This document shows, one piece after another, positions 52,769 through 64,000 of a stretch of DNA of 64,000 bases (position 1 is its first letter; each line of letters opens with the position of its first letter). The position numbers and the translations under genes were made by a program. This DNA is from Paraspadella gotoi (Eukaryota; Animalia; Chaetognatha): positions 26,835,932 through 26,899,931 of the forward strand of contig CM119266.1 of assembly GCA_051294375.1 (NCBI GenBank). Reading direction: 5' to 3'. The notes beneath the pieces were generated by a model. That model was not told where the DNA came from and searched no databases. It saw nothing but the letters and a program-made list of their open reading frames with translations.

Positions 52769-55700
52769 ATGGCTGGGGGCACCATGGGTCCGTTTTCAAT
52801 GGCTGTTCACAGCGGCACCAAGTTCATCAACAGCCGACCGACCGGCAAAATTATGGGCTCCAACAAATACCTTTGGTACGACGGTGATAAGCTCGGAGAC
52901 GGAGCTACTGGAACGGTTTTTGTTGGTAAAAATATTTTCAAAATGTTCCACTCTGCTTTCGGCCTGTCACTCATCTCCAGATTGTTTTTTGGTTATTTTT
53001 TACCTTTTAGGTAGGAAGAAAACGTCAGGCGATCTGTATGCCATTAAAACTTTCAATGAATCGTCTCGGAGGCGCTCATCTGAAGTCCAGGTAGCGTTCA
53101 CTTTAAAAATTTAAAAATTTTATTAAGTCTAAACTAATGTTACATTGTGTTAAGATGCGTGAATTTGAAATGTTGTCCAAGCTCGATCACATCAACATTG
53201 TCAAGTTTTTCGACATGGAAAACGAAATCGGGTAAGAAATTGTCTTATTAATAGTATTTATCTAATTATAACGACGTGCGGCGTTCTAGTATTCTGAAAA
53301 ATTCTCGAAGTTTTTTTTTTTTTAGTTTTTTGAAAATTCCCTTTGATCCAGGAAAAACTCGCGCGTTTTGGTTATGGAGTTGTGCACTGGTGGTTCTCTC
53401 TATAGCATTCTAGAACACCCGGCCAACCAATTCGGTCTGGAAGAGTCAGAATTTCTTCTGGTTTTAAAACACGTTACTAACGGAATGAAGCATCTCAGGC
53501 AAGGGCCTATATTCTGAAAGAAAATACTTGTTTTTACCTCCTCAGCTGGTAATCTCTTCATCCTTACTTGCTTACAGGGACAAGGGTATCATCCACCGCG
53601 ACCTTAAACCCGGAAACATCATGAGGTTCGTCACCGAATCCGGGGAATCCATATACAAACTGGTCGATTTTGGCGCCGCCAGAGAATTGGAAGACGAAGA
53701 GCAATTCGAAAGCCTTTACGGGACCGAAGAGTATCTTTATCCTGACATGTACGAATCGGCGGTGCTCCAGCATCGACACTTCAGCAAGCGTGGATTTGGT
53801 GCGCAGTGCGACTTGTGGTCCTTAGGCGTTACTTTTTATCACGCCGGTGAGTGGGGATGGGATAAAGATGTAATTTATTGAAAGAAAATGACGTTGCTTA
53901 TCTCTATTGTCTCCTCCAGCGACCGGAAATCTACCCTTTCGTCCCTTCGGCGGCCGAAGGAATCGACTCATGATGCATCACATCACGACGAAGAAAGAGC
54001 CGGGTGTAATTTCCGGCGTGCAGCGGCGAGAAAACGGCCCCGTCGAGTGGTCGAGGAATCTTCCTTCTACGTGCAGACTGTCGCTCGGACTCAAGGTTAA
54101 TTGGCTTTACTAGTTGAAAATATTTTTTTAATTGCATATTTAATAAGTACTTTTTAGCTTTGGATCTATATAGTATAGTAATAATATATAATTAAAATCA
54201 TAACAATAACAATAACCTCCTCAACAAAAGGAATAAAAAAACAGCACAGAAGGACAGCATTAAAAAAATTATTCATTTAATCATAACAACTATGTCATTA
54301 TCTTGTAAGAATGATGGAGGCCTTAAACCACCAAAGCTAGCGTAGCCGACCAAATTCAAATTTTAATGGGAACAGCATTAAACTAAACCATTATTGGTAT
54401 TAATTATTGTGTTAAAATATTTTTTTGCAAAAATGTTCCGAACCATGAGTAATTCGCTAATTAATATTATTATATTGTTATATAATGTCAAAAATTTTTG
54501 GAGATATTTTAAGTTTTTTTAATTGATTCTGATAGAGCTTAAAAAGTTAAGCAAAAAATATAATTACAACTTTTTAAAATTTTGATGTTTTATTACTAAA
54601 AATTAGTAAAAACTGTTAAAATCATCGGATGATAATGATGATGATTTTTTAAGGTTTTTCTCAATTTAAACCCACTTATCATCAAAATATTGAAAAAGAA
54701 TTATATTTGTGTAGACAACTTTTTATAAGCTATCTGAATCTGCTTTTAAAAATACAAAATGCAAAAAAAAATTTTTGACATTTCCCATCTATAAATAAAT
54801 ATTAAAAAATTAATTACTAATGCTTCTAGCCATTTTAGAAAATTTTGGTCCATTGAAAGTTTTCTCAAAAATGTATGAAGTTTCATTTGGAAAGGTTCCC
54901 AAATCAAACTTCTGACCCACCCCATTGACGAAGTTTGGCTCTACCAAAGCCTGTCCAAAGTCAGGGGCAAGATAGCTTATTTATTAAATGAATGGATAAT
55001 TTTTATATTGGTTGTACCAATTTCATAAAATTCAGCTCCTTGTATTTTGATTCTGGGCGGAGTACAATATAGTATTCCCCGATCTAATACTTAAGGGAGT
55101 GGTCTTTTCATACAATTGAAACATTATACCACTTCATTGATATTCCCTGGGAGTGAATAAACGAGACTGTGAGAGAGTCTTGATTAAAAGCTTGCAGGGA
55201 CCTGCTATGTCATTATCTTGTAAGAATGATGGAGGCCTTAAACCACCAAAGCCTGTCCATTGTCCAAAGTCAGGGGCAAGATTGCTTATTTATTAAATGA
55301 ATGGATAATTTTTATATTGGTTGTACCAATTTCATAATATAATTAATGTATTAAATAAAAAAAGATTACCGCTAAATGATCGTGAGCAAATCTGTCGTTG
55401 TTACAACAAACTTTTTTTAGGCGTTAATACGAGATCTTCTTGCCGGCATGCTGGAACCGGACGGAGCGAAGATGATGAAATTTGATCAATTTTTTGAATT
55501 TGTTAACTACATAGTCGAAATAAAACCGATACACGTTTTCAGGTACCACAATATTGTCTACAGCCTCCGACTGCCTCCGTGTAGTTTTGCATTAATAGGA
55601 AATTAACCTTTCATCAAGTCTTTTAATTTCTTCTCTTCAGCGTCGCAACCGGCGACTTTCTTCGGATTTACAGCGGTATTGGAAGTCATTCCCCTTATTC

Positions 55701-58700
55701 TTACCCCAAGGTAGTGTTTTTAAACGTAATTTGGCTTTGAAACATAACTCTCATTTTTTGTTTCGTCTGTTTAAATTACACAGGGCCCTTACACGGCCAT
55801 TTCATCGCCCGATCAACCCATTAACGATTCCATGCTTTCGGCAAGCTCCATGCTCTCGTTACAATCGCGCGTTGTCGCAAATTTGCAAGACGCTATCGCC
55901 AAACAGACAGACATCTCGGCCAATGATCAATTTCTCATTTTTGACGGTATAGTCGTGAATCGTTTTTGTCGTCACTGGTAAAACTAAAAGGAAATTAATC
56001 ACCGTTTACCGATAGGAGTTTCGTTGGACGCGGGACCCATCAAACGTTACGACAAAGACGACGACTTCTCATTTAGTGACGCCTTCGCGGATTCCATCTC
56101 GGAGGGACTTCTCGCAAAAACACAGGTCTGTACAGGAAATGGATATTGTGTTTCGTCGTGTGATATAACCTTCCGTTTTGTTTTCATTATCAAGATGGAC
56201 AATCCCATATTCGTTTTACCCAAATCTGTGGATGTAATTCAATTGGCCAATTCCGTTCTTCCGCCTTGGAATGATTACGTTCCGGAAGTGGATCTTCATA
56301 AAGACTACCAGCTTGCAAAACAATATTGTTCGGTACGCTGTTTTTAGAATGGCCAAATTTTACTCTCTCGAACTAGGATAAAAATGTACTCCTTTACAGG
56401 TTATGTACGGATACAGTCGCCAGATGACGCGTTGCGTCAAGGTTCAAAAATTCCTTGTCATTGTTCAGAAGATCATGGCTAGATCAATAAAGTCCTCCGT
56501 GGAGAGAATCAAGAATTTTTCGAACAATTTTAAGTGGGTTTGTTAAATGTAATTATTTTCTCATAGCTTCTTAGTCAAGATAATTTTTTTCTCCAGGTCC
56601 AAGTTGGATCTAATCTCAATGTCGATTCATTACGCGCAGACTTGGTGAGTTAATGGCTCTACATGGTAAAAATTTTACAAGCGCCGGTAAAAAACGCTGT
56701 CATTTGCAAACCAGTGGTTATTTCATTGATTTTAAAAATTAGTTGAGTAAAAAATATTAAAGTCTTTTATGTGTTCAAATTTTATATTTATCAGTTAATA
56801 TATGCCTTGACAATGAGTGGAGAAAGTTGGCTTTTAAAATCAGGTTTCATTTTCCAACTCACTGTTTTAAATTCAATTTTCTTTTCAACTTTTAGCACTT
56901 TTTTAAACAAAGTATTTTTTAAGATATTAACAATATTAATATCCTCAGAAAGCCCTTTAAAAAATGAAGAGAATGATATACTTACGAAAGCTGTAACATA
57001 AAAATTAAGCTACCTTGGTTCAATTAAGAGAGTCAAAAGTAAATTATTTAAAATTTAAAATTTTGTTTTAAAATATGACTTGTTTAAATTATTATTTAAT
57101 ATTTATATAAGTATCATGAAAGAGCCTGAGAAAAAAAAATTTAAAATAGCCAATCATAATTTGATAAAAATGCTGATTAAGACTCGAACCCAAAAAGTCG
57201 AAACATGTCCCTTTATTAAAAATAAATCGTTGTAACACATTCAAAAACACTTTGTTTCCTCTAAATACCAAATAACAACGAAAAAGAAAGGATTATCACA
57301 TGTAACAGATAAAAATCTTAAATTTACCCTCCAGCTATTGATTTTTGGAAAGATGTCTCGTTTTTGAGTATCCTTATTAAATTAAAGCTGGGCCGGTTAA
57401 ATTTTATACTACAGTTTTCGTAAGTACGTCATTCTCTTTAGATTTGAAAGGGATTTCAGAGGATATTAATATTATTTTGTTTCAAATTTTTTCAGAAAAC
57501 TTAATGAAAGTAAGAGAAAGAAATTGAATCTAAAAAAAGTGAGTTTAAAATTCAGAGACAATTTTTAAATCCATCTTCCAGCTATCATTGCTGAGGCATA
57601 TCAAAGTCGATTCTGATAAAATTTGCATATATAAATAGTTTAGGTTTTTACTTTTAAATTCATATTTAACATTTAAAAAATCTTCATGGGTTTGCAAATG
57701 ACAGCGTTTTTTTACCGGCGCTTGTAAAATTGACACCATGTAAGCGTTGAGGATACATTTCAAAATTCCTAAAGCAATTTTATTTTCCTATGAAAGTCAT
57801 CAAACGTTGTTCTCCATCCGTGATTTTTCCCGTGTGGCCCAACCTCAGAAAAACGGAACGTGCGACACCCTCAAACAGATCAATAGTGATTTCGGGAACC
57901 TCGAAAAACACTGGAGGACGGTGAGTCAATTTTCTCTTTATCTCACGACGTTCCCTCCGCCTTAACCGCCTTACTGCTCGACGACAGTTCGAGAACCTCG
58001 TTGCCCGCCACATTGAGGTCGCGAGCAATTGCTGCCAAGTTCCCCCATCGACCGGTGGCTGCAACGTCGACACGCCCTGTACTAACACCATCACGGCCAT
58101 GATTGAGGAGACCTCTTGCATTATGAACGACTTTAAGGCGAGTGCCAAGTTTTTCTTTATTTTTTGAACCTAAACAATAAAGATTTTTAAAAAATATATT
58201 TGGTTATTCAGACGGATAAAAAACATGGGGGGCAAGAAGGAAAGGAGCTCCCCTTTAACACTGAGCAAATTCACAAGTACGATAAGCACAACCTAAACGC
58301 CCTCAGAGAGAAAGCATGCTCTCAATTTAAGGACCACTGCTACAGACGAACGTTAGAGTCTCACGATTATTTTAAGGTATATGTACTAATAAATTACTTT
58401 TATTATTAGTTAATTTATATAAATTACCAATTAGTAAACTTTTTTATAAAACAGATTTGTCCCATAAATTTTGTGATTTATAAATTCAATATCCGACAGA
58501 CGTGGTACTCGGGCGCATTGAAATACGTTAGTTCGGTGGAGACGCAGGTTTCTCCGGCAAAAATAGCGTTGGAGGCGATGGAGATTGCTTTGACGCGTAA
58601 TTTGGATAAGTTTCTTGTCGAACTGAGCCATGTTCAAAAGTATGCAGAAAGAGTTCTCGCCGCCCAATACGATTTTATTGGCTAGTGGGTGGTGCCCAGT

Positions 58701-59177
58701 TTTGTCACGTCGCCTTCCCTTTCTTCAGTCAATTTTTGAAGGCGTCGACGGGCAACTTACAGCTCAAGGGAGACCAACGATCCGACGAAGAAAAGATGCT
58801 CCGCAAGGCGTCTGCTCTGATGGAAAAATTGGCAAAAGATAACGAAAGGTTTCTTAAATGTTACATGTTACGTATGCTTTGTATTTGTGCGTAATTATTA
58901 TCTTTATCATTAGACTTGCTAAGTAGGTTACTGAAAATAATTTTTTTTCTGATTCAGGAATAATCGTGTCGTCGGCGAGAACAACGACCTTCTGCAAAAG
59001 ATGACAGATTCTTTGAAGGGACTCGAAGTGGTCGACTCGGGTGCCGCCGGCGCTTACGCCATCGGCGGTGTCGACTCGGACGCTGCTTTCTACGCCGACG
59101 GCGCCGGAATGCTCTTGTCACGGCGCTGCCACGTCTTCGGTCGCAGAGACTCGGACTCAGTAAATAGAGACCAGTGA
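52769..59177 (+). CDS. TBK1: TBK1/IKK-epsilon family Ser/Thr kinase (kinase, ubiquitin-like and scaffold domains), multi-exon
   Basis: Spliced translation: [110 protein letters not shown]. Stop at 59175-59177. Confidence 0.92.
54338..54942. mobile_element. ~605-bp insertion with a 7-8 bp target-site duplication in a TBK1 intron
   Basis: accaaagc flanks both sides (54330-54337, 54943-54950). The uninterrupted sequence occurs nearby at ~55206-55340. Confidence 0.65.
56662..57740. mobile_element. 1.08-kb TA-flanked foldback element with long imperfect inverted arms, same TIR family as the 43447 MITE
   Basis: ta|CATGGTAAAAATTTTACAAGCGCCGGTAAAAAACGCTGTCATTTGCAAACC ... GGTTTGCAAATGACAGCGTTTTTTACCGGCGCTTGTAAAATTGACACCATG|ta; arms approximately 56662-57020 and 57385-57740. 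Confidence 0.85.
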
Positions 59178-60383
59178 AGAAAACTTGATTCTTTTCACCT
59201 TGATCGAAACTAAAAATCTGCTCTAATAACATATGTCAACTTTGGTTATCTGTGATATATGGTTCATTTGTCATTACAATATTTTCGTATGAAAAGCTTC
59301 AGTTATAAAATATTCTGATTATTGTAGAAGTCAATATTCAATTGTGAAGCTTTGAACTACAAAGTATTTATTGTGGAGTTTATAATTTGCTAAATACTTA
59401 GCCTATCCGACAATAACTAAGAAAAGTGAAAAGATTTTTTTATGTACATATATGGTGTTCTGAATACACGTAGTAGTAGAGCCTAACAATTATTAAAGTC
59501 TACTCATTTTACGATTTACAAAATAATATTAATAATTTAAATCAACACCATTTGAATTGGGCCGAAAGGATTTGAAATAACTCGAAGATTTATTTTAACT
59601 TTGAGGGATTTCCTAAAGCTTACGTAGCTAAGGGATTTCACAATCTTGTTTAAATGAGATAAATAGCTAGTTTTATTTTGATGTGAAACAAACATTTCAT
59701 TTAAGTAGACGTCATTTCCGATAGTTTTTTTTTTGTTTTTAATAATTAGATTTTGACAGTATACACATTAAAATTATTTTAACCTCAATAACATCTTCAA
59801 TTTTAAAATTTAATCCCTTTACTGAACTAATTTGACTAACTAACAAAACTAAACTAAACTAAGCTGACTAACTAAACTGATTTGTCATTATTTAAAAATA
59901 AAATTTCCGTTGCGTAATTCCTTCGATACTTCGTCGAGTTGCGCTTTTGTCCCCCGACGATGACTAACGCCCCGCGTGGACATAGATTATGCTAATGAGG
60001 TTACGATGTAGCACCAACTCCCACAACGTCGATGTGCTTCGGAACATTGTTCCTTATTCTCTTTATAGATTTTCTTGTCCTTCGAGTTTTTAACGTTTTA
60101 ATTCAGCTTTTCTAACTCCCGCATCAAAGCAGTGGTCTCTTAGCTGGAGCTCGTTAAAATTTATTTATTAAATAATTATTACGTCAATGCATTGTTGTTA
60201 TTTTATTTAATTCCGAAGGCTTCTCGTATTTTTAAATGACAGATACGTGACGTCGACTCGTTTTATTTCCCTTCCTTTTCCGTTACACATGATTTTTTTT
60301 TTATTTCCAGTAATAAAAAAAAATTAGACAATGAATTTTAAATATATGTATTTATCATAAACGATAAATCTCCACCGACTCCG

Positions 60384-62972
60384 ATGGCAGATTCCGACGC
60401 ATCGGCTTCCGCCAAGACTGACGCCGTCCTGGTTGCCTCTTCGGTTTCTTCGACCGGCGCACCGTCGTTTAAAGTCGTCCGCGGAATGCGTCTAGAGGCG
60501 AGGGACTTCGGCGGCCTTTGGTATCCAGCCAAAGTCATCGAAGTCGACGAGGACGAGCAGGTGACTAAGCACTGTAAGCACACTAAGCAGGCTCCTTAAT
60601 CGCCCAAACTATGCAGTATTTATCAATGCCCCAACCTTATGACTTTTAAAAAGGAAGCTCACGTCCACTTTGAAGGCTGGAGCGCTCGCTTCGACGAAAG
60701 GATTCCTATCGGCGGCGATCGGCTTCGCCCTTTGCTGCGGCAGTCGCAACGGCGGGACTCGGACAAGGCTGTGGGCGCGTCGTCCCTTAATTACGATTTC
60801 GACGTCGGTGCGGTGGTGTTGGCGCGATGGACCGACTGCCGCATGTATCCCGCCAAGATTCAAGTAGTCAACGCCAACTCTTATGACGTCGTTTTCTACG
60901 ATGGATTTAAGAAGACCGTTCAGGTTGGAACTGTCGACGTTTCGTTGTTTACTTCCGTTACGTTTGCCTTTGGTCGCTTTTAGCCATCTATTATTAATTA
61001 ACTGAGATTTCCTCCACCTCTTTCCAAGGCCACAAACGTGAAACCCATGACAAAGGAGGCACGTCGCGAGTTTAGTCTCCCAGACGACCGCGTCGCCGCC
61101 GAGGCCTGTCTCTTCGGCGAGAGGAAGAAGTCCTTCAAGGCGAAGTCGGCAGCGACGAGCGGGACAAGGAAGGACGTCCTTATCGACGAGGACGGCGAAA
61201 AAAAAGGAAAAAAGCGGAAACGAACGGTGACTCTAGAATCTCCGGGCGATGCGGAGGAAACAATCGTCGCCACTCTCGATCCCAGCGAATCGGAAACCGG
61301 CTCGCCTTCTATCCTTCCACAGCCTTTCAACCTCCAGGCCAAGAAAGGCCGGGGAAGGCCGCCTTTAGTCGACAGAGAGGGCGCGGGGGGGATCAAGCGC
61401 GCCAAAAAGGATTCTCACGGACCTTCTGAGTCAAATGACGACGATGTCTCCAGGGACGAGTGGCGTTGCGCCATAAAAGAGTGTGGAAAGTCCTTTCGGA
61501 AAGAATCGCTCTTGAATTATCACTTAAAGTACTATCACCACGAAGAGAAAGCGACGCCAGCTGGAACGTCGGCGCCATTCAAAGGTACATCGGCGTCGGA
61601 ACCCAAAACACCGATCACGATGTCGACGACAAAGACGAAAACAGAACTTAAATCAGAGGACCGCCAATCGACTCCGCTTCTCTCTTCAACACCTTCGTCA
61701 GCCATAGACCCGCCGCCACCGCCTCCGTCGAGGAAACGAAAACGAGACGTTTCCCTTAACTCTGAGTCGACACCTCCGTCGGCGGCGGCCGTTCCCTCGC
61801 CGCTATCCGTTACCGCGTCCACGTTGAGCGACGACGACGAGACCTTCGAATTTGTTACGCCGGCCCTCGTAGAAGCCGACTCCGCACCCTCGCCTCTGAA
61901 GTTGCCAAACGACGTCCTCGGTCCTGACGATCGCATTCGGTGCGTCTGCCAGATTCACGAGGTCACTCCGGAGTCGGGAAGGATGTTAAAGTGTGGCAGG
62001 TGCCAGACGTGGCAGCATTCTATGTGCTTTATTCTTCCTGAGGTATTAACTTGGTAAAATTTTGATGGGCTTGCAATCTTACCTTTCCCGAAATTACCAT
62101 TGTTTCCTCAGGACGAAGACGATGAATCGTATCTCTGCTATGTCTGTTCACACCCTCCTGGAATACGCGACAGCAAGCGCCGCCTCGAGGAGGTAGAGGA
62201 CTATCTCTTGTCTGGCGAGTTGACGCGTCTTCCCCGTCCCGCTCCTACATCCGCCGCCGGAGCCCTCATTCCATTATCCCTTGATACTCGGCCTCGAATC
62301 ACCTACGGAAAGAACGATGGCGCTGGGGACGCGAGCTCCTCCAGTTCAAACTCTCTCGACAATCTCGCCGCCGTCAATTTGAGGGGCCACGAATCCCAAG
62401 CGGGATTCTTTAAGACGGTGGGAGCGGCGGTCAACGCCGTTGCCGCTGATGTCAGACGAGTGGAAGACTGTCTTCATGGCACCAAGCTGAGAATGCACAG
62501 GCTAAAGGCTCTGGTCGACAGCAAATTGCAGCCACCGGCCAAAGAATACCGTCCGACGACGTCATCCGATTCCAAGGATAACGATAATACAGTGACCCTT
62601 CGTCCCGAACCAGACTGGGCGGCGTTGTTGACAAAAAGTGCCGAAGAGATCGGCGTCACTCATGACGCCCTCGAACGCCGTTTGGACGCGCTCGAGGCGG
62701 AGATGGACGCCGCGGAGGAGATTTGGGACGCGTCCGACGAATTCGTATCATTGCCTCCAGGCAAGAGACCGCGACCTTCCGTCGACGCTGGCGGTGATCG
62801 GGCGAACGACACCAGCGGTTCTACACCGCCTGTGGCTGGGCAAAAGGCTCTCGGGGATCGCAGCAAAGAAGAAGTTGAGAACACGTTGCGCATCAAACGC
62901 GCTCTTCGCGGTCTCGTCGCTGATTTGAATACGGTTCAGCGGATAGCGTTTTTGAGAACGGTCAAAGAATGA
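60384..62972 (+). CDS. PHF20: PHF20/PHF20L1 (MBD-R2)-like chromatin reader; exons 60384-60560, 60654-60923, 61029-62042, 62112-62972
   Basis: Two Tudor-like domains (LEARDF..LWYPAKVIEVD..VHFEGWSARFDE; VLARWTDCRMYPAKI..YDVVFYDG), an AT-hook KKGRGRPP, a C2H2 finger CAIKECGKSFRKESLLNYHLKYYH and a PHD CVCQ..CGRCQTWQHSMC..YLCYVC. Confidence 0.88.
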
Positions 62973-63140
62973 TTGGTAAAGAAGAAAGTAACTTCCGGAT
63001 ATACGTTTTTTTTTCTGAATCTGACCTACCGTTGGATATTTGTTTTTTGTTTCATCCAGCAGAATAAATGTGAATAGTGTTAAATTTTAAATTGTGTTAT
63101 TTTCTGGTTCAGTTTCGGCAGTTTTTTTTTCTCGGCTAAA

Positions 63141-63939
63141 ATGGTTGATCCGTTCAAGAATCAACAATCCCCACCGCCTCCGATTGGGTTCGCTACCCAA
63201 CCTTATCCGAACCAGGCCCCTCCGCCCTATAACACCGCCGCTCCTTATCCTGCGGCTGCTCCCTACCCAGGGGCCGTTCCATTTCAAGGGGCCGCAGGAC
63301 CTTTTCCTGGAGCATCTGCGCCCTTCCCGGACGCTCCGGGGGTTCCTCCGACAAGGCCGCCTTTTCCACCTGGTAAGTTATTTTTATTTAATTATTAATT
63401 CTAAGGACTTAGGAAAAAATTTTCCTACTCTATTCCTATAGTCAAGAAAAATTTTATTTAAATATTCGCTTATGAAATTTATTGTTTTTAATTAAAATTT
63501 AAATGTCAAATTGTATGTTATAATCATTCATTACAGTATTACCACCAATGCGACTATCTAATTTTAACCGTAAGTTGACTTCCGAATATTTCTCCTTAAT
63601 TCTCTGGGGAATTCTCCGTATTCACTGACAAATTAGATAATGGCCCGTTTTCTGCCGTGACAGTGTCTCCTTTTCGCTCGTAGTTTAGGTCAACGATAAA
63701 CACAGAATTTGCGGTGATTCCTCTAACACGTTTTATTAATACTAATATACTACGCCTCCTTTAGTCAGCCGTCGACAACTAATCCAAAGATTTCTTGCAT
63801 GGTCTTCTTACATTTTTGTCGTAAACTATCTCCTCTTCCCCAGCCTCGTCTGATATGTACGGTTCTAACGACGATGGAGCCCCGCTCAATAACGCCGAGA
63901 CGGGCGCTTTTGGCTTCTCCGAGAAAACCATCAGAATGG
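63141..63939 (+). CDS. Protein lifeguard / TMBIM (GRINA/FAIM2-like), first two exons (63141-63372, 63844-63939); continues beyond the window
   Basis: Pro/Tyr/Gly-rich N-terminus followed by FGFSEKTIRMG, the motif preceding TM1 in TMBIM1-3. Phase-1 GT-AG intron. Confidence 0.75.
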
Positions 63940-64000
63940 GTAAGATTAAATGCAAGAGTTTATTTGCTTGTGCCATAAGGAATGACTAAAACTTAAACAG

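Overview
Eukaryotic (invertebrate metazoan) genomic DNA from a draft assembly with six N-gaps. It has AT-rich short introns, GC-rich exons and very dense (AG)n/(CT)n tracts in the first ~43 kb. I reconstructed the genes by hand from splice sites and translations. An XK-related membrane protein gene (11561-14664, +) has two paralogous terminal exons. A large CUB-LDLa-TM-PPxY receptor gene (<24627-45084, +) hosts two antisense nested genes: an unusual two-repeat protein (27878-29078) and CIBAR/FAM92 (41747-~44598). Five co-oriented conserved genes follow: intronless GMPPA, intronless PRPSAP, TBK1/IKKepsilon, PHF20-like, and the start of a lifeguard/TMBIM gene. Non-autonomous transposon remnants include a TA-flanked MITE and a related 1.08-kb foldback element, a Helentron-like composite, and an insertion with a 7-8 bp TSD. 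The large duplications next to 25-N gaps (2.1-8.2 kb, 32.8-39.9 kb) look like gap-filling or chimera artefacts. The most interesting candidate is the nested, intron-containing two-repeat gene. From memory only (no search was run), its domain resembles a prokaryotic hypothetical protein family, so it may be a domesticated horizontal transfer. No CRISPR, rRNA or tRNA was found.
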